Shown in pieces: positions 1 to 17,379 of a stretch of DNA of 64,000 nucleotides; position 1 is the first letter of the stretch; every line of letters begins with the position of its first letter. The notes under the pieces are model-generated. The model searched no databases, had not been told where the DNA came from, and saw only the letters and a list, made by a program, of their open reading frames with translations. This stretch comes from the human T2T-CHM13v2.0 reference genome, Homo sapiens, in the NCBI RefSeq assembly GCF_009914755.1, contig NC_060941.1; one strand, written 5' to 3'. The translations under genes and the position numbers were made by a program.

Positions 1-84
1 TCTCGAACTCCTGACCCCAGATGATCCACCTGCCTTGGCCTCACAAAGTGCTGGGATTACAGGTGTGAGCCCCCGCACCCGGCC
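1..84 (-). mobile_element. Alu (partial, window edge)
   Basis: AAAGTGCTGGGATTACAGG...CCCGGCC. Confidence 0.9.
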
Positions 85-324
85 ATCATTCTTTTTCTTA
101 ATAGTAGAAGTAGATTAGTGGTCAAGACATGTTTCATCTGTAGGTAAGTGTGGAACATTTTTGTTCCACATATCTAAGGTGATAAAATCCTGATCAAAAT
201 TGAATTATGGGATGACAAAATTCACATTGTTTGTATCAGGAAGTTAATTTATTAATTTTCAGGGGAAATATCTCTTCCTGGTATATACCTTTTAAGGAAA
301 CTAAGATTTGGAAATTATTGGTGC

Positions 325-475
325 ATGTTCATTAATTTATTTACTAATAATTGAGAAAATATTTATTGAATGTGTATCATATACTAGACACTGCTTTAAG
401 AACAAGACAAATGTTTATCTACCTCTTAGGGGCTCAAAGCCAATTAGTAGGGGAAAACACATCAACAAATAATTA
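325..475 (-). mobile_element. L2 3'-end fragment
   Basis: ATATTTATTGAATG...AGACACTG...AACAAATAATTA, typical antisense L2 tail. Confidence 0.55.
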
Positions 476-2602
476 GAGCGTAGCTTAGTGGTACCATGGC
501 TTCTGTCACCTCGGCTAGGCGCGAAAGGAGGTATGTAGAAATATAGAAGAAGTCTATATACGTACAAAGTTCTATAGAAACAAAGGAGAGAAGGTCTGGG
601 CAAATGTGCTCTTTATGATATTGGCTTTCAGGCTTTGTCTGCAGATCCCAGTACAGTCGCTTTGCGAACGGAGCTGGACCACACTAAGCATTTGATGAAA
701 TCTATGCTTTGTGCCCCATTTATACCTAATTTCCCTAGGCTCCACCCTGGTTCCTCCTAGGTCTTCTGGTGAACTGAGAGAGGAGATATCTTCTAATAGA
801 GTGAAGAGCCTAGGATCCTCTTACTATTCTAGCTGAATTTGAGGAGAGAGAGGCCAAGAGCAGGATTCCCAAAAGAGGGAGCCAAAGAGACAAAAGTCCT
901 CCTAGTTCTACTTAGAGCACTTTCACTCTTCCCACCTGCGATGCTGGAGGCCTGGTTGTACCACTGGAGTCCATTTAACCCTTAACTTGTATCAATACTT
1001 CTTCCGGGGTGAAATTATAGGGGAGCTTGAAATCTCTGAGGTTAGCTGGTTCTCAAGCTTTGAGAACCTGATGAAAACTATTGACCTTCTCTCCAGAAAA
1101 ATGTACTTGCATATTTCTCATACCTACTAAAACCTATCAAGGAACCAAGGTGAAGAATCCTGATCTAAATGTTAAAGGGGTGGTTCTCTACCTTTTTTTT
1201 CCACATCATGACATCCATAGAAATAGTATTTGTACAGCACACTGGGATAAATTAAAGGGGATTTGGAGGCAGCTAATTACATGGGGCTTGGTGAAAAAAA
1301 TTGTTTCTTTATATTACTTACTTTTAATGACAAAAATAAACATATTAAGGATGACACTAAATATTGAATTTGTATACATTTCCAAACAAAGATGTCTAAA
1401 AATTTAATGAAAAACCTGAGATTGCTTCTGTAAACATAACATTTTTTATACAGGATTTTATGATTGAAATGACGGCTTGCAGTTCTTGAATGAGACAGTT
1501 TAACAGTGATGTCTTCAAATTCTTGGTAGTCATTATTGATGAGAATTTAGTTCATACAAGTAGGTGATAAAAAAACTTTTAAACAATTTTCACAACAATT
1601 CAAAATTTAAAAGTATAAATTATAATTGATAATATATCCACATTATCACAGGGTATTTCCTCGTTACATTTGCCAATGGGAATTTCCCCATCTACCCAAA
1701 CACTTTTTGTGTCAAGTATCTATTGCAAAATATTGATAAAGGTCTAATTTGCAGAGTTAGATTGTGTTATTAGATCAATAATTCTTCATCTAACTTGAAC
1801 ATAATTAAAAGGGCGCATCAGATATAAACAAAAGGAAGAATGCTATATATATAAAAAGAGAGATCATAAGCTGAGTTCATCAGGAGTACCTAGCAGGCCT
1901 CCCTGCATTTCCTGGCCTTATCTGAGGCTGTAAGTCCTGCTCTTTTGGTACCTGGAACATCCTCCAAAGCTCAGTGTTTACAATAGGCAGCAGTGTGTAC
2001 TACAATTGTCTTGTGAAAGTGATGACCTGGTGGTAGAATACTCCTTGGCTTTGCTTGGCAAGAACTTCATTGTGCTGTCCACCAGTGGGACCATGGGCAT
2101 ACTAGGGTGGGTATTCACACCCTGATTTTGGGGGGCTGCTGAGAATCTCTAGATCACACTGCTTCTTGCCAGGAGTGAATTACCTAGATTTATCAACCAC
2201 TCCAGTTATTTTAAGTAACTCCTCAGGCTGAATAGATCCCTATCTTGCAATATATCTATAACTCATTCATTGCATACCAAATGAAGTATTTCACTTAAAA
2301 GATTATGACTTATATAGCTAAGCTTAAGACAGAGCAAAAAAAAAGTGAGTCAAAAAAAAAGACACAAGAAATCATGGTCCTATCCTTGATAATCCAATCC
2401 CTTATATTTGAAACAATTTGGGCATAATTATAAGTATAAATTAATATAGCACAGATATATAAGAGCTGAGAGCAACTGCAGTATTATTGAGTCATGTGTT
2501 GCCTTCACTTGGTTGTATTTTTTCTTAAGTTTTATAAAAACTTTAACTTTTACTAACTTCATTTAACTGTGTCCTGACAGGAGACAGAAAGAACACCAGC
2601 TT

Positions 2603-2892
2603 GGGTGGGGTGTGGTGCCTCATGCCTGTAAGTCCAGTACTTTGGGAGGCTGAGGCAGGAGGATTGCATAAGGCTAGGAATTTGAGAGCAGCCTGGGCAG
2701 CATAGTAAGACCTCATCTCTCCAAAAAATACCACAATTAGCCAGGTGTGGTGGTACACACCTGCAGTCCTAGCTACTTAGGGGGCTGAGGTGGGAGAATT
2801 GCTTGAGCCCAGGAGGTTGAGGTTGCAGTGAGCTATGACTGTGCCATTATACTCCAGCCTGGGTGACAGAGCAAGACCTTGTCTCAAAAAAA
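2603..2892 (+). mobile_element. AluJ
   Basis: Dimeric Alu with A tail. Confidence 0.9.
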
Positions 2893-2989
2893 CAGAAACT
2901 CTACCAGTTATTTGCCAAGAAATTTTAACAAAGAATTAATAACTAGATATAAAGTTGTTAAGTAGATACCTAAAAAAGTAAAAAGAGAA

Positions 2990-4001
2990 ATCTGAGGTAT
3001 CACAATGGTGAGTAATTCATCCCACCTTAAGGGCTAGAAAAAAAAAAAACAAACAAACAAAAAACAAGAAAAAACAGAGGAAGCAAAGGGAAAAATTTAG
3101 AAATTTAGAGGATTGGCCCCACAGAGCTAAAACTAAGGTCTCTGAAGAGAAAGTGCTGCTCAGCTGGTGTTAGTGCCTCTGAGATTAGAGGAGGGGCTTC
3201 ATGGCACCCATGGTTCTGAGACACAGACTTCTGAAGCAGGAGCACTGGCTGGCTGGTGGTGGTGCCTTAGAGTAATGAAAATTATAGAACTATAGAAAAA
3301 CTACTACAAACTGGATTCAGCTGTTGCTACAAAAAGGAAATGCTGCTACCAGGATGAAGAAGCATTACTAGGTGAACCACACAGGAACCAAAAGGCCACA
3401 AGAAGCAGTCAGGGAAAAAGTGGCACATATACACCATGGAATACTATGCAGCCATAAAAAAGGATGAGTTCATGTCCTTTGTAGGGACATGGATGAAGCT
3501 GGAAACCATCATTCTGAGCAAACGATCGCAAGGACAAAAAACCAAACACCTCATGTTCTCACTCATAGGTGGGAATTGAACAATGAGAACACTTGGACAC
3601 AGGAAGGGGAATATCACACACTGGGGCCTGTCGTGGGGTCGGGGGAGAGGGGAGGGATAGCATTAGGAGATATACCTAATGTAAATGATGAGTTAATGGG
3701 TGCAGCACACCAACATGGCACATGTATACATACATAACAAACCTGCACGTTGTGCACATGTACCCTAGAACTTAAAGTATAATAATAATAAAAAAAGAAG
3801 CAATCGGGATAGACAAGAAGGAGCAAGTCTCTTGTCTTCCCTTCAGGTATGGGATGTCCCTCTGGTGCCCCCAGTTAGCACAGTATAACAAAGCCAGCTG
3901 GCAAGGCAAAAGAAATGTGATTTTCAGGGTCTCAGCTTTAGCAACAAAGAAGAGTAAAAATGGGTGAATTTGGAGATGAGACAATAATTTAATAACTGGC
4001 A
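2990..4001 (-). mobile_element. Old ERVL-class LTR remnant (LTR41/LTR33-like) interrupted by L1PA
   Basis: Terminal GGAGATGAGACAATAATTTAATAACTGGCAC adjoining ERVL internal sequence; subfamily uncertain. Confidence 0.5.
3416..3796 (+). mobile_element. 5'-truncated L1PA 3' end
   Basis: Canonical L1PA 3'UTR with G-rich tract and A tail; TSD AAGAAGCAGTCAGGGA / AAGAAGCAATCGGGA. Confidence 0.92.
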
Positions 4002-4039
4002 CTTGATTGATAGGGAAATTGATGCCAGAATGGAATTTA

Positions 4040-5440
<1,401 letters not shown>

Positions 5441-5444
5441 CATA

Positions 5445-7182
5445 CAGGCAGACCTGGGAGATATTTTGGGTTTGGTTCCAGACCACTACAATAAAGAGAA
5501 CATCACAATAAAGTGGTCACATGAAGTTTTGGTTTCCCAATGCATATATAAAAGTTATATTTATACTATAGTCTATTAAGTGTGCAGTAGGATTATGTCT
5601 AAAAAATGTGCATATCTTAATTTAAAAATACTTTTTTGCTAAAAAATGCTAACAATCGTATGAGCCTTTATCCACTCAAAATCTTTTTGCTGATGCAGGA
5701 TCTTGCCTCGATGTTGATAGATGATAACTGATCAGAGTAGTGGTTGCTGAAGGCTAGCATGGCTGTGAAAATATCTTAAATTAAGACAATTGAGTTTGCC
5801 ACATTGATTGACTCTTCCTGTCTTGGATAATTTCTCTGTAACATTTGATGCTGTTTGATAACTTTTTACCCACAGTGGAACTTCTTTCAAAATTAGTCAG
5901 TCCTGTCATATCCTACCACTGCTTCAACAACTAAGTTTATGTAGTATTCTAAATCCTTTGTTGTCATTTCAATGATGTTCACAGTGTCTTCACCAGGAGT
6001 GATTCCACCTCAAGAAACTGCTTTCTTTGCCCATCTATAAGAAGACACTCCTCATTCATTCAAGTTTTATCATGAGATTGCAGCAATTTAGTCACATCTT
6101 CAGGCCTCACTTCTAATTCTAGTTCTTTTGCTATTTCCATTACATCTGCAGTTACTTCCTCCACTGAAGTCCTGGGGCCCTCAAAGTCATCCATGAGGGT
6201 TGGAATCAACTTCTTCCAAACTCTGTTAATGCTGATATTTTGACTTCCTTCCATGAATCACAAATGTTCTTAATGACATCTAGAATGGTGAATCCTTTCA
6301 AGAAGGTTTTCAATTTACTTTGCCCAAATCCATCAGAATCATCACTGTCTATGGAAGCTATAGCCTTATGAAATGTATTTCTTAAGCAAGACTTGAAAGT
6401 TTAAATTGGTCTTTGATCCATGGGCTGCAGAATGGATTCTGTGTTGACAGGCGTGGGAACAACATTAATTACCTTGTACATTTCCATCAGAGCTCTTAGG
6501 TGACCAAGTACACTGTCAATGAACAGTAATATTTTGAAAGGAATCAATTTTCCTGAGCAGTAGATCTCAAGGGTGTATTTAAAATATTCCTTAAGCCATA
6601 CTGTAAACAAATGTGCTGTCATCCAGACTTTGTTGTTCCATTTATAGAGTACAGGCAGAATAGATTTAGCATAATTCTTAAGGGTTAAGATTTTTGAAAT
6701 GATAAATGAGCATTGGTTTCAACTTAAAGTCACCAGCTGCATTAGCCCCAAACAAGAGAGTGAGCCTATCCTTTGAAGCTTTGAAGCCAGACGTTGACTT
6801 CTCTCCAGCTATGAAATCCTAGATAGCATCTTCTTCCAATAGAAGGCTGTTTAGTCTGCATGGAAAATCCATTGTTTAGTGTAGCCACCTTCATTGACGA
6901 TCTTAGTTATATCTTTTGGGTAACTTGCTGCAACTTCTACATCAGCACTTGCAGCTTCACCTTGCACTTTTAAGTTATGGAGATGTCTTCTTTCCTTAAA
7001 CCCCATGAATCAACTTCTGATAATTTTCAGCTTTTCCTCTGCAGCTTTCTCACCTCTCTCAGCCTTCACAGAATTGAAGAGAAGTTAGGGCCTTGCTCTG
7101 GATTGGGCTTTGGCTTAAGGGAATGTTGTAGCTGATTTGATCTTCTATCCAGACCACTAACACTTTGTCCATATCAGCATAT
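5445..7182 (-). mobile_element. Tigger1 DNA transposon, truncated
   Basis: TA|CAGGCAGACCTGGGAGATATT terminus; DDE transposase remnants [12 protein letters not shown] and ILQPMDQ. Confidence 0.85.
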
Positions 7183-7374
7183 CTGCTATATGAATTCTTC
7201 AAACACTTTTTGAACCTTGAGTGTTTGTTCCTTCTGCTTCAAATTTCTTACTAGTCTTTTACTATCCAGCTTCCTTTGTGAAAATGTCCCTAACTACCCT
7301 GGGAAAATTAACTGCTTATTTCTCTGTTCCTTAACATTTTGTGTGTACCTCTACTCTTGCACTTTGCAGATTGA

Positions 7375-7704
<330 letters not shown>

Positions 7705-8042
7705 TAAACTGGGAACTCTTTAAGGCAGGTCTTATTCATCCTTTTAAGACCTAACCTTTGCCTGCATATAGAAAGCACCTAATAAAGTCTTATTGAGTTG
7801 AATTTATCTGAGTGCATCCAAACCAAATAGATTTTAAAAGAAATGGAAGGAAGCTTCTCAGCAATTTCAGGAGATGGACACCATAAGCAAAGAAATGAGG
7901 CTGTTGAGAATATACAGTTGGGAGCTATCACATAAATTTATTTTCTATTATTTATTATTTATTAAGTGAGTCAAAAAGACTTTGAGGCAGCTATTTTTAA
8001 ATGTTGGAAACTCTTCTCTCCAAAGGCAGTACTTTTGGTTTA

Positions 8043-8407
<365 letters not shown>

Positions 8408-9124
8408 TTAGATACATACTATTTCAAATTAGAGTCTCTAGACTGTAACTGTCCTGGAGGCAGACTGTGTGAATATAATTTACTCTTTACACAACACCTA
8501 GCTCATATATATACAAACTCTTAAATGATTTTTGGCATGGCAGTGATTTGATAATCTGTGAATCTACAGTCATTTGCAGTAAAGTGGGGATCTGGTAATT
8601 ATTTATTTTAATACCTCAATATAAATGAATAAACCAGATAAGTCACATTCCTCTGGAATTCTCCCTTCCCAAAAAAATGCCTTTTGAGATATTATTATTC
8701 TATTCTCTATCTACCTTTCTTGCATGAATTAGGTAGCCATAAAAGTTTCACTTTACCTCACCTTGTTATCTCAAAAATTAATGAGGATGACAATCACGTT
8801 AAAAATGCAATTGCATTACTGCTGCTGTATTTTTTTTTTAATGATAGTAGTAATGATTACTATGGTGAGTTTTCTTGTCTCCCTGAGCAATGATCTAGCT
8901 TTGGTCAGTAGCAACAGTCATAACAGTAATACAGTTGGAAAAGTTCAGCAGTTGAGAATTTATCATTCAATAGAATTGTGGGGTGAGGTGAGGGCAGGAG
9001 TGAGGGAGCTTTTTTAACTTCTGGAGTACTTTGTGATGTTTATTAATATTTTCTTTCTTTTTGTTATTAATACTGGTCTAGTAATATTCTTCTATACCAT
9101 TTGGTGATAACTTTTGGAGTCCAA

Positions 9125-9166
9125 ATGAATGAGTCAGCATCTCAAGAGGAACTCAGACCTGCTCAG
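9125..9166 (+). CDS. EFCAB5: EFCAB5 coding exon 1 (MNESASQEELRPAQ)
   Basis: ATG at 9125, 14 codons, donor CAG|GTTCTT at 9167 (phase 0); the peptide matches the recalled N-terminus of human EFCAB5 and splices in frame to the next exons. Confidence 0.9.
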
Positions 9167-9519
9167 GTTCTTGTCCTACATAGGTTTATCACATTTATGG
9201 GAAGATTTGAGATTCAACATTCTTGGGAAAATTGAGATGCAATATCACAGTCTATCATTTAATTATTTCTCTTTTTGGTTGAAGTATTCTGCATCAGGTT
9301 TTGACAGAAATGCTGTAAAAGGGGTCAAAATAACAGTTGAGTCATGGCGACCTGCTTCTAGTTGGTTGGCATTCCTTGACTATATATAAAAGTCTGTTAT
9401 TGTTTGAATTTGTTGATACAACTACTTTGTGTAATTTTATTTCACATGATATTTACTCATTATGTGAAATTTTTAAAAATTAAAAGCTTACTGTATTAAA
9501 GTATGAGACAGTAGTTTAA

Positions 9520-9642
<123 letters not shown>

Positions 9643-10089
9643 TGAATAAATCAGATATTAATGCTGGAGAATAAGCTAGATAAATCAATTTTCTTATGAT
9701 AAAAGAAAAGATGTGGGTATTCAAAAAGATAACTAAAATTGCAAAAGGAAAAGGACAAACTCATGTTGATTATTAAGCTGATTCATTTGAGTAAGTTGCA
9801 GGAAACTTCCATGGACAGGTAAATTATTTGTGAAGAACTGTTATAAATTACAGATAAATAAAGACTGCTTTCTAAAGTTACCCTAAAAACTGTAACCACC
9901 AGCTTTTAGGGTCACTTTACTATCATGCTGAAAATGTAATTTCCAGGTTAATCATTTAAGTAACTTTGTGTTTAAATAAATACAAGGCTACAATAAAGAA
10001 GAACGTTTCATAGAAAAGGGGAGGCAATTAAAAATAGTCCTATAGATTCACAAGTGAGTTGACTAATATGAGTTTTTAAAATATCCTAT

Positions 10090-10394
10090 TGATTGTCGAT
10101 GGCTCACACTTGTAATCCCAGCACTCTGGGAGACCGAGGTGGATCACTTGAGGTCAGGAGTTCAAGACCGGACTGGCCAACATAGCGAAACTCCATCTCT
10201 ACTAATAATACAAAAATTATCTGGGCTTGGTGGTGCATGCGTGTAATCCTAGCAACTTGAAAGGCCAAGGCAAGATAATCACTTTAACCCAGGAGGCGGA
10301 GGTTGCAGTGAGCCGAGATCATGCCACTGCACTCCAGCCTGGGCAACAGAGTGAAACTGCATCTCCAAAATATATATATATATATATATATATA
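10090..10394 (+). mobile_element. Alu with (TA)n tail
   Basis: Alu body followed by a TA microsatellite. Confidence 0.88.
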
Positions 10395-10810
10395 GTCAGA
10401 TTTTTAAAGTACATTAGCATGTATACAAAAACTATTTTGTTGCTATTCATAAAATTAATCTTTAATTTCCTCAATTAAGATTAAATGCTTTTTCTTTTTG
10501 CCACAAATACAGAAAGTGATTCTAGTAGTAAAACAGTAGCATTTCCAAAGGTCTGATTTCCTTATGCTATGGTCTCAAATCATGTTTCTATAAACTATTG
10601 TATAATTCAAGAATTAATGTACATCTAAAATGATATTCCTAGCATATTACTTTGTTAGTAACAGGAAGATGTGATGACATTTTGAACCAACACATTTTAT
10701 CTTGTAAATGCAGAAAATACACTGTGATTACCTCTTTGCTTCTAATATACAGCATTAGATCCCAGAAAAATTAACTAGGAATGTTTGGTTAACTCTTACA
10801 AAGCAATTAA

Positions 10811-11321
<511 letters not shown>

Positions 11322-11404
11322 AGAATCTAAAACTATCATTAACATTTTACTGGGGATGCGTTCTTCAAGATTTTGCATTTTAAAGATATAATTTCAGGGG
11401 ATAT

Positions 11405-11690
11405 TTTATTTTATTTTTATTTTTAGAGATGGATCTTGCCCTGTACCTAGACTGAAGTTCAGTGACACGGTCATAGTTCACTGCAGATTCAAAGTCCTGG
11501 GTTCAAGTGATCCTCCTATCTCAGCCTCCAGAGTTGCTGGGACTATGGGCACACATTACCTCACCTAGCTAGTTTTTTATTTTTTATTTTTGTAGAGAGA
11601 ATTTCTTGCTATGTTTCCTGGGCTGGTCTCGATCTCCTGGACTCAGGCGATCCTCCTGTCTCAGCCTCCAGAGTCACTGAGATTATAGGC
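11405..11690 (-). mobile_element. AluJ
   Basis: Diverged antisense Alu. Confidence 0.85.
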
Positions 11691-11914
11691 CAGAGGGTAT
11701 TTTAAATGCAGTTTGGGAAACAATTTAAAATGTATTTCATTCACCTTCTATTAATGCTTTTGAGGCAATTTATGATTATTCATCTTGCACTTAAAGAGAA
11801 AATTTATCTAAGAAAGCTGACTGACATCTAGCAGGCAACCCACTAATACAATAATAAAATGAAGAACTCCAGTGATTTGGGCTGCTTATTGTCCTTGGCC
11901 CTGTTTATTGTTTT

Positions 11915-12253
<339 letters not shown>

Positions 12254-12746
12254 ACACTGTTTACTGTTTTTACTCCTGTACTTGACCACATATTTATTCC
12301 GTTTGATCCAAAGCTTGACTCCTAGCCCCATCCTTAACCCAAATTCCACATAATTATGCAGATTGAAAATTTATAGGATTAAAAAGTCTTCAAAAAAGTA
12401 GAGAAGACATTCATCTCTTTCATTACAGCTCTTTTAACTCCAAATACTTAGTGAAATCCATACCACCAGAAATTCTTTACAATATTTAAAATTTAATAAT
12501 TTTACTATAATTTTTCTTCAATTTACCAGTATTGAATGTTTAGTATACGCTAGGCTGAGCTAGGACTGAAGTATAGCAATATCAAAGTGTTTTCTAAACT
12601 ATAAATTGATATATAGATGTTAGTTGTAATTTTTAGGTGCTGGGTTTTTTTTTTTCCCCAAAGTGTTCTTCTCTCTTTTTAAACCAACTAAGAGTAATTA
12701 TTTACTATTTCTTCCTAGTAATACACATTACAATACATATTCATTA

Positions 12747-12923
<177 letters not shown>

Positions 12924-13731
12924 TCAAATTATACTACAAGGCTATAGTTCCTGAAATAGCATGGTACTGGTATAAAAGTAGACACACAGACATAATAGAG
13001 AACCCAGAAATAAAACCAAATACCTACAACCAAACTTGACAAAGCACACAGAAACATAAACTGGGGAAAGGATACTCTATTTAATAAATGTTGCTGGGGA
13101 AATTGGCTAGCTACATGTAGAAGAATGAAACTGCATCCCTATCTCTCACCTTATACAAAAATCAACTCAGTATGCATCAAAAACTTAAATCTAAGACCTG
13201 AAACCTTAAAATTCTATAAAATAACCTAGGAAAAACTCTTTTGGACATTGGCTTAGGCAAAGAATTTATAATGAAGACTCCAAAAGCAAATGCAATAAAA
13301 CAAAAAATAAATAAATGGGACCTAATTCAACTGAAAAGCTTCTGTACAGCAAAAGAAATAACCATCAGACTAAACTGACAACCCACAGAATGGAAGAAAA
13401 TATTTGCCATGTGTCCAACAAAGAACTAATATCCAGAATCTACAAAGAAACAAATCAGCAAGAAGAAAAAAATAATTATCCCATCAAAAAGTGGGCAAAT
13501 GACATGAACAGACATTTCTCAAAAGAATATATACAAATGGCCAATGAACATGTGAAAAAGTGCTGAACATCACTAATCATCAGGAAAATGCAAATTAAAA
13601 CCACGATGAAATACTACCTTACTCCTGCAAGAAGGATCATTATTAAAATGTCAAAAAACAATAGATGTTGGCATGGATATGGTGAAAAGCTAATGCTTGT
13701 ACACTGCTGGTGGGAATGTAAATTAGTATAA

Positions 13732-14067
<336 letters not shown>

Positions 14068-14167
14068 GAGTATGGAAATTTCTTAAAGACCTAAAAGTAG
14101 ATCTACCATTCAATCTAGCAGCCCCACTACTGGGTATCTACCCAAAAGAAAATAAGTCATTATATTA

Positions 14168-14553
<386 letters not shown>

Positions 14554-15053
14554 TTACTCAGCCATAAAAAAGAATGAAATGATATCTTTTCCAACGACTT
14601 GGATGGAGCTGAAGGCCATTATTCTAAGTGAAGTAACTCAAGAATGGAAAGTCAAATACCATCTGTTCTCACTTAGAAGTGGGAGCTAAGCTATGGGTAT
14701 GCAAAGACATGCCGAGCGATATAATGGGCTATGGAGACTCAGAAGTGGGAGGGTGGAAGGAGGGGCAAGGGATTTAAAAAAACTGCATATTGGGTACAAT
14801 GTATACTACTCAGGTGATGGGTGCACTAAAATCTCAGACTTCACCACTATACAATTCATCCATGTAACCAAAAATCACTTGTACCCCTGAAAATTTAAAA
14901 TTTTTTTTTAAAAGAACCAAACTTTCCAACACTTATTCTGTCTTTCTTATAAACTTAGTACTGTTTTCACAGCTTCACTAACTTCTAAAAATTTTCTTCC
15001 TGGCAAGTCTTTACTTATCCTCTTCTACCTGTCCCCACCTCCTGTTTTTCTGA

Positions 15054-15474
<421 letters not shown>

Positions 15475-17379
15475 TAAAAATGCCAAACAGAATTTTGATA
15501 TAGGTAATTTGTTATAAATTTAATTAGATGTTCACTTTAATTAGTTTGTGGCCATATTTGCACCTACAAAACTGTACATATGTATTCCATCAGGTAATTT
15601 TTCACCTCCCCAGAAAACATATCAAGCAAGAGTTTGTGGTCTTTCCTCTTCTTCTACTTTCAATTTCTCTTATTGCTTTTCAATGTATGGTAGAGAGAAA
15701 TGTGTTTTGTTTAAATCGATTTATCCCAGTATATGATATGTACTGAAAACATTGCAGTTGCTTATTCTGATATCAAACACAATGCGGTGTACTTATTTAT
15801 TAAATAATCATTATTTATGATTATTAAAACTTTTTACTCTAAATCCCTCATTTGTGAATGTGTGTGTGTGTGTGGGTATATACAAAGTAGGAAGAGGAAC
15901 TGTTACTGCAATTTCAACAGGTCAAAGGAAGTGTCTTCATCCTTGTTACATACTTGTCAAAATTAAAGTCATGTTATCTTGATAAGCAGCTCCCAACATG
16001 CACTCAAATACATATCGTTGCATAGAAAATACTGTGGTTAAATATATCATGTCAGTTCCTCATTTCTTTACCCTTGTTTTTCTACTTTTCAGGCTGAGCT
16101 TAACTTGCATTTTGAGAATTTTTTTTAACTATCAGTTTGCTCAGTTATATTCTTATTACACAGCCCTAAGATTAAGAGTGTTTTGTAGGAAACTGCCTTT
16201 TCCTTTATCTATTGAATTTTAATTCCAGTGGTGTTTAGTAGTACTTCTTTACCTCCTTCCTTTGCAGCAGTCATTCTACATCATGTGCCAATGTTAAGAA
16301 ATCCTGATAATAAGGACAAAGCCGCTGAGTTTCAAACAGGGCCTGTGTTTAAAGAAAACATCATACAGCTTAAGTAGCCCTGCTGGGTCAATTTTCACCA
16401 GTTTAATCAGCAGCCAGACCCACTAATGTTATATGCCTCCTTGTGAAGAAAGAGCCTGCTAAGACTTATTACAATATGAATTATAATTCATTCCTATTTA
16501 TGTCCTTAAATAGGCTTTGTACTGAGGCTCTGCCCAGCAGTGGACCATACACTGAGAGCTGAAAATGATAAAAGTCATTATAAGGCTAGACTTTTCAAAA
16601 TATGTACAAGGAATTCTTTTGTGTCCCTACTTATTTAGTTGAAAGCACTTATACTCATAGTGCCTGGATAGTTCTTTTTATATTAGAAGGTAGACCACTA
16701 GAGTGGCGAAGATGTACATATTGGGGGCAGAGCTTGAAAGGCTCTTGATTCTTGGAAAAGTTTAGGAAGATGATCCTGAAAAAGAATTCCAGTGCCTGGC
16801 ACGCAGTGAGAAATTAATAGTTATTTATTGAGTCAGTATATAAATGAATTAATCAATCAATCTTAAAAGGTTTAGGATGTCCAACCAGAGACCTGCTAAA
16901 AAATCCAGTACATCTTTGAAACTATTCAGTTAAACCTCTGAATTAAATTGCCCTTGGGGCAGTGCTGTAATTTGTGATCCATGAATTCAGAGGTCACTCA
17001 GTCAAAAGACAGCTTCATATAGGCTTGTTCAGAATCCTGATTTGTTGACCCTGCTGTTGCTGTGCTTCTTTTTCTTGTTTTTGTGGTTCTAAGAGAGAAG
17101 TGTTTGACTACAGTGGTAACCAAACACATGTCTACTTCCATTCTGTACATCAGTGGGGACAATGCAAGCACTAGGATTATTGCTTAGCAACCAATGATAG
17201 CCAAGTACACTAGAAGAGCACTAACAGGCTGCAATGAAGATGGAGAATGCCTTAGTTCACATGTGAGTTTACTAATGAGCCATGACAGATGGGTAGATAT
17301 TAAGTTGCCATATATCCTTAATGCAGGAGGAGGAATTGTCTGCCTTGGGTTATGGGAGACAGGTTAAAAGGAAAGAGTA

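Noticed and set aside
415-603. 62-aa minus-strand ORF
   Set aside because: Non-ATG start, no recognisable motif or splice context
480-720. Short word matches to RNase P RNA (GAAGGTCTG, CTGTCAC, CGGAGCT), tRNA/vault RNA, hammerhead and viral IRES motifs
   Set aside because: No colinear alignment, no P4 partner or CR-V, no B-box or cloverleaf, no CTGANGA core; cannot be assigned to any of these families
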